DNA of 64,000 nt from assembly GCA_045649455.1 (NCBI GenBank), contig JAZRPV010000058.1, forward strand, positions 106 through 64,105. Reading direction: 5' to 3'. Each line of letters starts with the position of its first letter. The first letter of the stretch is position 1. Under the pieces are notes generated by a model that was given only the letters and a program-made list of their open reading frames with translations, did no database searches and was not told the DNA's origin. Positions 43,236 to 51,177 of the stretch are shown in pieces. The DNA comes from Bacilli bacterium (GTDB taxonomy: Bacteria; Bacillota_I; Bacilli_A; RF39; UBA660). The translations under genes and the position numbers were made by a program.

Positions 43236-44786
43236 CTATCTTAGTTTATATACATAATTCTTATTACGTACTGTATATTCTAATTCAATGCTTTGCGATG
43301 TTTCAAGCGCTGCAGGAACCTTGATATATAAGTATTTTCCGTAGTAAGTTTTTTGTATTGGACTCTTAATTTCTACACTCTTACTCTTATTATTATCTAT
43401 GTAATTAATTTTACCATATTTGCTTGAAAAGTCAATCATGTCTTTGCCTTCATAAGTGTCTGAAGCAAAGGCAATTTTTAATACTTTGTAGTTCTTTGGA
43501 GCAGTATATGTTCCGTATAAATTACTACATGATGATGTATTACAAATACGATATGTGTAGTCAAATTTATTTAATATTTGATATTCTTCAAATACGATAG
43601 TTTCTTTTTCATCTCGTACTTTAAATTTAAATTCTTCTCCGATTAATAAAGTGTTTTCTTTTTTGATTTCTGATATATTTTCTAAATTAAGTTTTATTTT
43701 ACGTAAGTGGATATTTCCACCATTAAGTTCTTGATAATATAAGACAAAACGATTTTCTTTTAGTTCTTTACTTACTTTAAAGACTAATATCATATTTAAA
43801 GATTCATCTCTTCTTAGTTCTTTTGATTTGTAAGTATCTCCTAAATCTTGAAATTCTGTTCCAAAAGTTTTAGCAGTATAAGTGTAGTCATGAGTCCCAT
43901 TCATAATATGGAATCTTGCTAAGTCTAATTCACGCTTTTCAGCGTTATTAGTAATTGTAACATCAACGATAATAAAATTTGATTCTTTGGAAATTACTTT
44001 TCCATTGAAATCTTTGTCCGTAAAATAACTTTTATTTAATTGAATTGTGTACCCATCGGCACTGAATGTTTGCCCTACTTTGTATGACTTGTTTGTTACA
44101 AAGGCATATGTGTAGGCGTTTTTACCTAAGATTAATATTAAGATTAAAATTATGCAGTTACATACAAATTTATGTTCCTGGTAGAAATAGTTTGTGTTTC
44201 TAAGCAATCTTTTAATTTGTCTTTTGACGTTATCTTTATCTATATTGATATTAATTTCTAATTCTTCTTTATCTTCATTAGTTAAATCAATATATTCTTC
44301 ATCAAATTTAAAATTAAATTTATTTAAGTCTAAACCTAAGATACGTATAATAAATACAATTATCGATGGGAACTGTAAGAATGTAATTATTCCCATCATA
44401 TCTAGGTAAGCTCTAAATACAGCTTTTTCTAAGTTTCCATTGTAAGTGTCAAAAAATCCTATTAACAATGTATAGACTATGAACATTGCAGCGTAACCTA
44501 TTACAGGGAATAAGTACAATTTCCAAGGCTTTTCTTTCTTCTTTAGTAAAAGTACCAAGGTAACGCTTGATGCGATTAATACAATTAAAGCTAACATTGT
44601 AAATAGGGATAAGTATTTAGTAATTGGTTCGTTGTAACTATCATATGTTCCTAATTCAGTAAATTCACTTAGGAATGCATTTACTTTATTAGTTATGTAA
44701 TACAAATAGAAACATAATAATAGTAAGACAACATGGACTTTTTTGAAGTGTTTTATCAAAAAAGCATATGGCTTTCTAATAATCAT
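43236..44786 (-). CDS. Polytopic membrane protein with a C-terminal DUF4352-like extracellular beta domain (first gene of the cluster)
   Basis: Four to five N-terminal TM helices, a charged linker, one more TM, then FIIVDVTITNNAEKRELDLARFHIMNG, typical of DUF4352-type Ig-like domains. Confidence 0.5.
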   Translation of the reverse strand: MIIRKPYAFLIKHFKKVHVVLLLLCFYLYYITNKVNAFLSEFTELGTYDSYNEPITKYLSLFTMLALIVLIASSVTLVLLLKKKEKPWKLYLFPVIGYAAMFIVYTLLIGFFDTYNGNLEKAVFRAYLDMMGIITFLQFPSIIVFIIRILGLDLNKFNFKFDEEYIDLTNEDKEELEININIDKDNVKRQIKRLLRNTNYFYQEHKFVCNCIILILILILGKNAYTYAFVTNKSYKVGQTFSADGYTIQLNKSYFTDKDFNGKVISKESNFIIVDVTITNNAEKRELDLARFHIMNGTHDYTYTAKTFGTEFQDLGDTYKSKELRRDESLNMILVFKVSKELKENRFVLYYQELNGGNIHLRKIKLNLENISEIKKENTLLIGEEFKFKVRDEKETIVFEEYQILNKFDYTYRICNTSSCSNLYGTYTAPKNYKVLKIAFASDTYEGKDMIDFSSKYGKINYIDNNKSKSVEIKSPIQKTYYGKYLYIKVPAALETSQSIELEYTVRNKNYVYKLR

Positions 44787-44821
44787 ATAATTCTAATCTC
44801 CCTATTTTCTATTCTCTTATA

Positions 44822-44827
44822 ATTATA
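44822..44827 (-). promoter_or_regulatory. Candidate -10 box (TATAAT) for the cluster's first gene
   Basis: TATAAT lies in the 112-nt gap between the greA terminator and the ATG at 44786. The -35 is poor (T-run). Confidence 0.3.
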
Positions 44828-44871
44828 CCTTAGATTAGTACAAAAAAAAAGAACTAAATATGAATTTAGAC

Positions 44872-44898
44872 AAAAAAAAGATAATCATTTTGATTACC
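44872..44898 (-). terminator. Intrinsic terminator of greA
   Basis: GGUAAUCA-AAA-UGAUUAUC hairpin with one G-U pair, followed by U8, starting right after the greA stop. Confidence 0.7.
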
Positions 44899-45369
44899 TT
44901 ATTTTATTTCAATAATTTCTACTTCGTATGAACCATTAGGTGATTCAACTGTAACGATATCTCCTACTTTATGTTCAAATAAAGCTTTAGCAATTGGACT
45001 TTCATTTGAAATTTTGCTTTCAAATGGATCAGCTTCTTGTGAACCAACGATTTTATATTCTTCTTCTTCATCGTCGTCAACATATTTGATTGAAACTGTA
45101 TTTCCAATTCCTACTGTATCATTTGATACTTCTGTAATAATAGAAACGTTTTCAAGCATTTTTTCTAATTGTTGAATTCTAGCTTCGATTTGAGCTTGTT
45201 CATTTCTTGCTGCATCATATTCAGCATTTTCTGATAAGTCTCCTAATGATCTTGCTTCTTTAATGGCTTGAATGTTTTCAGGTCTACGAACATTAATTAG
45301 ATTATCTAATTCTTTTTTTAATTCTTCTAACCCGGCTTCTGTTAAATAAACTGTATTTTTATTTCCCAT
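44899..45369 (-). CDS. greA: Transcription elongation factor GreA
   Basis: YLTEAGLEELKKEL...LSENAEYDAARNEQA coiled coil plus a C-terminal FKBP-like domain. Start at the ATG at 45369 with GAGGTGA upstream. Confidence 0.93.
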   Translation of the reverse strand: MGNKNTVYLTEAGLEELKKELDNLINVRRPENIQAIKEARSLGDLSENAEYDAARNEQAQIEARIQQLEKMLENVSIITEVSNDTVGIGNTVSIKYVDDDEEEEYKIVGSQEADPFESKISNESPIAKALFEHKVGDIVTVESPNGSYEVEIIEIK

Positions 45370-45450
45370 GTTTATCACCTCATTAAATGTTTTTTATACT
45401 TGTGAGTTTCTAGATTCATTTACAAGCGGAATCTAGACTCAACTTGCGAT

Positions 45451-45479
45451 AGTATATCACATTTTTGAACTTAGTGCAA
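45451..45479 (-). promoter_or_regulatory. greA promoter
   Basis: TTGCAC (45474-45479), 17-nt spacer ending in TGA, then TATACT (45451-45456). Confidence 0.5.
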
Positions 45480-45489
45480 TAAGTTTTTG

Positions 45490-46158
45490 TTATTTAGAAC
45501 TTTGACTTTTTACATATTGTAATCCAGTCTTTTGTTCTCTTTCCATATTATCAATAATTGTTTCTAAGTCTTCTTGTGAAAAACTATCAATATTTAAAAT
45601 ACTGAAAGGATTTTCTTCTTCTTCAATTAAGCTTGTTACTTTAGATGAAACCCCTACTAATGAATTGGCATATTCATCAATATGACTTAATTGTTCTTTA
45701 TGAGTATCACGATATTCAATTTTTTCTAATTCTTTTACTTTACCATGGTTTTGCATTAATTTTGAAAATGCTGGAATTGTACCTAAAATTGTAATAATTC
45801 CTGTTCCGATTGCGAAAGTAATTGCTGTTGGATCTACAAATCCCATTGTTGTTGCTAATGTAGTTAATCCATAACCAGCTGCTCCTGCAACTACTGCAGA
45901 TAAACCAGTTAACACACCAGTTTTAGTTCTTCTACTAATAAATGTTTCTTTATTAGCTACACCGTTTTTAGCTTGTTCTTCTTGAATTCTTTCAATTTTT
46001 TGTAAGTTAGCTTCGTCAGCTCTAACGTTTTTAAATACTGTTCCATCAGCGAAGATAATTTCATATTCATCTCCACCTTCTGTTTTTACTGTTCTAAAAT
46101 CTTTAATATAATGTTTTGCTTGTTCTTTATCTAATGAATAATCTTTCATTTTCTTCAT
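45490..46158 (-). CDS. Hypothetical membrane protein
   Basis: 222 aa with a central pair of Gly/Ala/Thr-rich hydrophobic helices. No family recognised. Confidence 0.55.
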   Translation of the reverse strand: MKKMKDYSLDKEQAKHYIKDFRTVKTEGGDEYEIIFADGTVFKNVRADEANLQKIERIQEEQAKNGVANKETFISRRTKTGVLTGLSAVVAGAAGYGLTTLATTMGFVDPTAITFAIGTGIITILGTIPAFSKLMQNHGKVKELEKIEYRDTHKEQLSHIDEYANSLVGVSSKVTSLIEEEENPFSILNIDSFSQEDLETIIDNMEREQKTGLQYVKSQSSK

Positions 46159-46166
46159 TCCCTTCT

Positions 46167-46204
46167 AAAAAAAATTTGCCGCTTCCCCCTTTTTAGAAAG
46201 CGAC
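46167..46204 (-). terminator. Hairpin + T8 downstream of the dGTPase-like gene
   Basis: On the minus strand: GUCGCUUUC-loop-GGAAGCGGC followed by AAAUUUUUUUU. It sits only ~10 nt before the RBS of the next gene. Confidence 0.45.
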
Positions 46205-46224
46205 TACATTATAACATATTTTTT

Positions 46225-47352
46225 TTATTTTTGCAAGTTTTTTAGTTCCGAAATGAATAAATCATCTGTCATACCCGCTAGAAAATCAATTACTTTTCTT
46301 TTATTTGAAGTTTCCTTTAAGTATTTTTCATTCTGATTATTTAGAAACATTATGTAGATTGGAGAATGTTTATTCTCTTTATCTAGTGCATCTAAATATT
46401 CAGTAAATAGTTTATTCATACCAGTTCTATAATATTCTTTTTCTTCACTTGTAAGTGATTTTTTATATATGTTTTCATAGTTGAATTTTTTCAATTTAAA
46501 TAATGCATTGTATACATCTTCACTCATTTTTATGTATGGTTTATTCATACTTTGTTCAACTATATCTAAAATAATTGTATTGACAATTTCTTTATTAGTG
46601 GTACCTAGAACAGATGAGATTTCTGTTGGTACTTCTTCTCTTTTGATTTTACCTAAAATGATGGCATCTTCTATATCTCTTCCAATATATCCAATAATAT
46701 CACTTATTCTTACAACACAGCCTTCCAAGGTCATTGGAGCATGTGACTTTGTTTCTTTATAGTTGGTATATGACTCATTAAATTCTCTTAAGAATTCTTC
46801 TTTAGTCTTTTTTTCTGGAACATATGTGTTTGATAAAATTTCTCCATTATGACACATAATACCATCAAGTACTTGAATAGAAAGATTTAATCCTTCTCCT
46901 TGTTTTTCTACATACATACAGTGTCTTACACTTTGAATATTATGTGCGAATGTCTCATTTAATTCTCTTTGTGATATTTCATCTAGAATATATTCTCCTT
47001 CATGTCCGATTGGAGTATGACCAATGTCGTGACCTAAAGCGATTGCCTCTATTAAATCCTCATTTAAGTTTAAAGCTCTTCCGATTGTTCTTGCAATCTT
47101 ACTAACTAATTGAACATGAATCATTCTTTTTGATATGTGATCATTATCTTTAAATGAGAATACTTGAGTTTTATCAGTATATCTTGTGTAACTTAGTGAA
47201 TGAATAATTCTATCAATATCTCTAAAGAAAGCAGGTCTCATATCAGAAGATTCATCATTTAATCTGATGGCATCAGTACTCTTAGTGGCATATTCGCTTA
47301 GAGTTGACTCTTTTAATAAGAAATTCTTTTTAGCTTCTTCTATATATTTCAT
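46225..47352 (-). CDS. HD-domain dGTP triphosphohydrolase-like protein
   Basis: HVQLVS...ALGHDIGHTPIGHEGE HD motif and dGTPase-family length. Confidence 0.8.
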   Translation of the reverse strand: MKYIEEAKKNFLLKESTLSEYATKSTDAIRLNDESSDMRPAFFRDIDRIIHSLSYTRYTDKTQVFSFKDNDHISKRMIHVQLVSKIARTIGRALNLNEDLIEAIALGHDIGHTPIGHEGEYILDEISQRELNETFAHNIQSVRHCMYVEKQGEGLNLSIQVLDGIMCHNGEILSNTYVPEKKTKEEFLREFNESYTNYKETKSHAPMTLEGCVVRISDIIGYIGRDIEDAIILGKIKREEVPTEISSVLGTTNKEIVNTIILDIVEQSMNKPYIKMSEDVYNALFKLKKFNYENIYKKSLTSEEKEYYRTGMNKLFTEYLDALDKENKHSPIYIMFLNNQNEKYLKETSNKRKVIDFLAGMTDDLFISELKNLQK

Positions 47353-48537
47353 TTATTCACCTTTTTTCTTAAGTCTTAGCATTGAGTATGCTGGTAATTC
47401 AAAATCAAATTTTAATTTTAATATTTGTTCTGGATGACGAGCTACTTCTAATTGATTCATATCTTCATCAAATATTTCATCTACTGTATATTCATATACT
47501 TCCATTGTAGGTGTGAATATTTCTATTTCATCTGTTGGTTTGAAGTAGTTTCTTTCGACTAAGATGATACATTTATTTTCATGATCATAACCTGTTATTA
47601 GACCTAGATAATCTTGATTTGATATTTCTTGTCTGCCTGTATAGTATTGGTCTGTTTCATCGGCTTCTTTATTGAAGTAATGAGTTGATACTTCTCTATT
47701 TGCTACTCTACTTAGACGATATTCTAGTAATTCTAGTTTTTCTTCTGTTAAAGTATTGTCATAGTATGAGTCAATAATTTCACGATATGTTCCAATTACT
47801 GTAGCTAGATAATATAGAGAACGCATTCTTCCTTCTACTTTTAAACTTGTTATTCCAATATCAATCATTTCACCAATATGTCTTGCCATATTAATATCTT
47901 TTGTAGCCATAGTAAATTTCTTTTCTTCATCAGCTTCAAAGGCAAAACGACATACTTGAGCACATCCACCACGATTGGCATCTCTATTAGTTACATAATT
48001 TGATAAAGCACATCTTCCTGAGAAACATGTACACATTGCTCCGTGAATGAACACTTCAATATCTACACCTGTTTTATCAATTATTTCTTTTATTTCTTCT
48101 TTTGATAATTCTCTTGCAAGTACTACTCTATCGATTCCTTCATCTTTAAAGTATTCTACACTTTTATAGTTACTTGTAGAGTTTTGTGTTGATAAATGTA
48201 CTTCCACCTGTGGATAATTTATTTTAATATGAGAAATAATAAATGGATCACTTACGATAAATGCATCAATTCCAGCATCTACTACTTCTTTAATATATTC
48301 TTCTACTCCATCCATATCTTCGTTATGGAAGACAATATTTAAAGTTAAATATACTTTTTTATTTAGTTTATGTGCGAAGTCACATCCTTCTTTAATTTCT
48401 TCTATAGAGAAGTTTGTGGCATTTGCACGTAGAGAATATTTTTGTCCTCCAATATATACAGCATCTGCCCCATATGTTAGAGTTACTTTTAATCTTTCTA
48501 AGTCTCCTGCTGGAGATAATAATTCTATTCTATCCAT
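47353..48537 (-). CDS. Peptidase U32 family protein (YrrO-like; family linked to tRNA/rRNA hydroxylation)
   Basis: LLSPAGDLERLKVTLTYGADAVYIGG... and a Cys-rich motif CTCFSGRCALSNY...GGCAQVCR. Synteny with the yrrM-yrrN-yrrO block. Confidence 0.85.
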   Translation of the reverse strand: MDRIELLSPAGDLERLKVTLTYGADAVYIGGQKYSLRANATNFSIEEIKEGCDFAHKLNKKVYLTLNIVFHNEDMDGVEEYIKEVVDAGIDAFIVSDPFIISHIKINYPQVEVHLSTQNSTSNYKSVEYFKDEGIDRVVLARELSKEEIKEIIDKTGVDIEVFIHGAMCTCFSGRCALSNYVTNRDANRGGCAQVCRFAFEADEEKKFTMATKDINMARHIGEMIDIGITSLKVEGRMRSLYYLATVIGTYREIIDSYYDNTLTEEKLELLEYRLSRVANREVSTHYFNKEADETDQYYTGRQEISNQDYLGLITGYDHENKCIILVERNYFKPTDEIEIFTPTMEVYEYTVDEIFDEDMNQLEVARHPEQILKLKFDFELPAYSMLRLKKKGE

Positions 48538-49390
48538 TTTTCTTCACCATATAGATTGTCTTTTTGAAGAAGAAATTTGTATTATCTCCTAGTGATTTGT
48601 ATTTTTCAACATAATCATTATTTTGACAACTACCTTCTATATATTCTTTTGTATCTTGCAATAATTCTTTAAAAATATTTTCAATACCATACTCTCTAAG
48701 AACAATATATTCAATTTTATTATCAAATAATTCTTTAATAATAGAAGTTCCATTTACTAATTCTTTTAAGAAGAAACTCGTACCATTCATATCTTCTTGT
48801 AATTCATATTCAGCATTTGATACTTTTTCTGTTACTGTTAATTTATCTTTTGATGGTTTATTTAAATCTTTAAAGAAATTTGTTATTAGTTTTCTTTTAG
48901 AAAATGCTACACTTGGTAATCCCACTACTTCTACCATTGAAGTTATTGTTGATAATTTATTTATTTCAAGTATTTCTTCTAGTGTTATTTCTTTTCCTAG
49001 AAGTGCATATTTAACACCTTTTGAATGATAATAATTACATGTTTTATAATTATTAACCATGTGAGTTTGACTCCATACTAAATCTATTTTTAAACTTAAT
49101 TCTTTCTTTAGTTTTGGAATTGCTAAGTCATAGAAAAATATTCCTTGTAGATTTAAATTATCTAATTCTTTTAATATTTCTGATATTGGTTCAATATCAT
49201 CGTTTGATAAGTTTTTATTAATATTAATAAAGATTTCTAGATTAGGATTATTCTTTCTTATTTCTTTGATTTCGTCTAGATTAAAATAAACATTACTTTG
49301 TACAGCATATTTATCTAATGAAAGAATTATTCCTGTTGTTATATCTTGATATAAATTATTTTTTGTTGATGGTTCAATTAATATTTTCAT
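48530..49390 (-). CDS. Peptidase U32 family protein (YrrN-like)
   Basis: U32-like TIM-barrel partner protein. Overlaps the start of the YrrO-like gene. Confidence 0.7.
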   Translation of the reverse strand: MKILIEPSTKNNLYQDITTGIILSLDKYAVQSNVYFNLDEIKEIRKNNPNLEIFININKNLSNDDIEPISEILKELDNLNLQGIFFYDLAIPKLKKELSLKIDLVWSQTHMVNNYKTCNYYHSKGVKYALLGKEITLEEILEINKLSTITSMVEVVGLPSVAFSKRKLITNFFKDLNKPSKDKLTVTEKVSNAEYELQEDMNGTSFFLKELVNGTSIIKELFDNKIEYIVLREYGIENIFKELLQDTKEYIEGSCQNNDYVEKYKSLGDNTNFFFKKTIYMVKKNG

Positions 49391-49458
49391 AAGGTCACCT
49401 CTTTCTTCTTATTATAATACAATTGTCAAAAAAGACAAAGAAGGTTTTCTTTGTACTT

Positions 49459-50199
49459 TTATTCTAATTCAATAGGTTTTTCTGTTATTAAGAAAACAAA
49501 ATGTTTATCTTTAAAATATTCTTCTTCTCCAAAGATTGATGCAAAAACAAATGGTTTATAAACATATAGTTTTCCATCTGATATGTAATATGCAATTCCT
49601 TTTGTGTAGTCCTCTATATTACGCCATTTTAGGAAACATGTAAAGTTGCATTGTTGTAATGAATAATATTTTTCTTTAATTATATCTTGGTGATATTGTT
49701 GAAGTTGATTTTTTATTCTATCACTTACATATCCTGCATTAATATTATATAAATCTAGAACATCTTGATTTGTGTATACTTGTTGATTTTTTAAATTAAT
49801 ATTAAATGAAATAAATTCTGCTTCTGATGCATAGTTTGTTTCATAGTTTATAGCTTTTACAATTACTGAAAGAATTTGTCCTGTAATTGAATAATCATAT
49901 GTAATAATCGCTCTGTTTAAATTTGTATATTTTGTTGAGAATGCTTCTATTTGATTATTTATTTCAGTTATTTGTTCTCCTCTTATGTTGATATATGGTA
50001 CTTCTTTTACATATTCATTTCTATCATCATAATATGAAGTATATATTAAATTATCAAACCAAGATTCTTTTATATAGTTGTAATTTTTTACATTATTCTC
50101 GTGAAAACTGTATGCTAGCATGGCAACTATAGCGATGGCAACTACTATGATTAAAGTTGTTTTTTGGTCTTGTAAATTAGGTCTTTTTTTTCTTTTCAT
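49459..50199 (-). CDS. Bitopic hypothetical membrane protein
   Basis: Basic N-terminus, one TM (TLIIVVAIAIVAMLAYSF) and a ~200-aa ectodomain. No family recognised. Confidence 0.5.
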   Translation of the reverse strand: MKRKKRPNLQDQKTTLIIVVAIAIVAMLAYSFHENNVKNYNYIKESWFDNLIYTSYYDDRNEYVKEVPYINIRGEQITEINNQIEAFSTKYTNLNRAIITYDYSITGQILSVIVKAINYETNYASEAEFISFNINLKNQQVYTNQDVLDLYNINAGYVSDRIKNQLQQYHQDIIKEKYYSLQQCNFTCFLKWRNIEDYTKGIAYYISDGKLYVYKPFVFASIFGEEEYFKDKHFVFLITEKPIELE

Positions 50200-50208
50200 A
50201 ATAGCCTC

Positions 50209-51108
50209 CTAGTTAACCCCTTTAATTCTCATGATACCAAGAATAGCATGAGAAGAACATTTACGATAGTCTTTATCTTTTACAACTCCCCATTTAGAAC
50301 CTTTAGCGTGAATGATTTCTGCTCCGTTACCAGTAAGGATTCCTACATGACCATCATACATTATTAAATCTCCTGCTCTAATATCTGATGCTGATACTAA
50401 AGTAAATTTTGATTTATCGGCCCATTGAGTTGAAGTTGTTCTATTTAATTTAATACCATGATGTCTAAATACACCTTGAACAAATCCACTACAATCAGTT
50501 GGCGTATAAGGCATTTCTCCATTCCATGAACCACCATATACATATCTTTGACCAATAAACTTAGAAGCATATGCTACAATAGCTTGTCCTGTTGCTGAGG
50601 CTGTTCCATTACTTACATAGCCATTATCAGAAGATGCACTCTCTCCATTACTTCCACCATTTTGATAATTAGGAACTGCTCCGGCATCATAGGCACTTGG
50701 ATCTGTTAATACAGGTGATTTTCTATCATTTTTATTTGGATTAATATATTGTGTATCTAATGCATTTACAACATGATTAGATTGAGCTGCTTGTTGCCAA
50801 CATGTAGCAATTTGGAAGTTTTCTCCTCCAGGCATTAGATTCATAACTGTATCTACAAATACTGGAAGGAAGAATACTATTACAGTTGCTAAAACCATAT
50901 TATAAATTCTTTTCATTCCATCTTTCATTTCTGGATTTGCTGTTAGTTTAACAAAATGAATTATAGTCATCATAATTAAAATGATAGGTGCTAAAATTTG
51001 TACTAAATTAAAGACTTTTCTGGCTATATCAAATAGTGCAACTAATCCGTAGTCATTACAACATGTTCCTAAAGCTTCACTACATGATAATATTTGAAAA
51101 TAATTCAT
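50209..51108 (-). CDS. NlpC/P60 cell-wall endopeptidase fused to an N-terminal VirB2-like two-helix hairpin
   Basis: Start at the ATG at 51108 (AGAGAGGTG upstream). The N-terminus is paralogous to 30609-30938 (IHFVKLTANPEMKDGMKRIYNMVLATVIVFFLPVFVDTVMNLM, ATCWQQ). C-terminal NlpC/P60 motifs are DCSGFV and GHVGIL...IHA. Confidence 0.8.
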   Translation of the reverse strand: MNYFQILSCSEALGTCCNDYGLVALFDIARKVFNLVQILAPIILIMMTIIHFVKLTANPEMKDGMKRIYNMVLATVIVFFLPVFVDTVMNLMPGGENFQIATCWQQAAQSNHVVNALDTQYINPNKNDRKSPVLTDPSAYDAGAVPNYQNGGSNGESASSDNGYVSNGTASATGQAIVAYASKFIGQRYVYGGSWNGEMPYTPTDCSGFVQGVFRHHGIKLNRTTSTQWADKSKFTLVSASDIRAGDLIMYDGHVGILTGNGAEIIHAKGSKWGVVKDKDYRKCSSHAILGIMRIKGVN

Positions 51109-51177
51109 ATTAACACCTCTCTTTTTCATCTTTCATTATAACAAATAATAAATAAAAAAAATAGTTCTTTCGAACTA

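Larger units (their letters stand above)
18552..44830 (-). other. Composite Tad/Flp-pilus + T4SS gene cluster (22 co-directional ORFs, operon-like)
   Basis: Bounded by the greA terminator and a TATAAT-containing gap (44.8 kb) and the terminator at 18552-18582. All intergenic gaps are 6-88 nt and four junctions overlap. See individual CDS entries. Confidence 0.8.

Noticed and set aside
18552-44830. Interpretation as an ordinary integrative conjugative element or conjugative transposon
   Set aside because: The window shows no integrase/recombinase, relaxase, excisionase, replication or partition genes, tRNA target, flanking direct repeats or strand switch. Composition looks like the flanks by eye. 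This cannot be fully excluded without the whole genome, so it is kept as the main alternative in finding 1.
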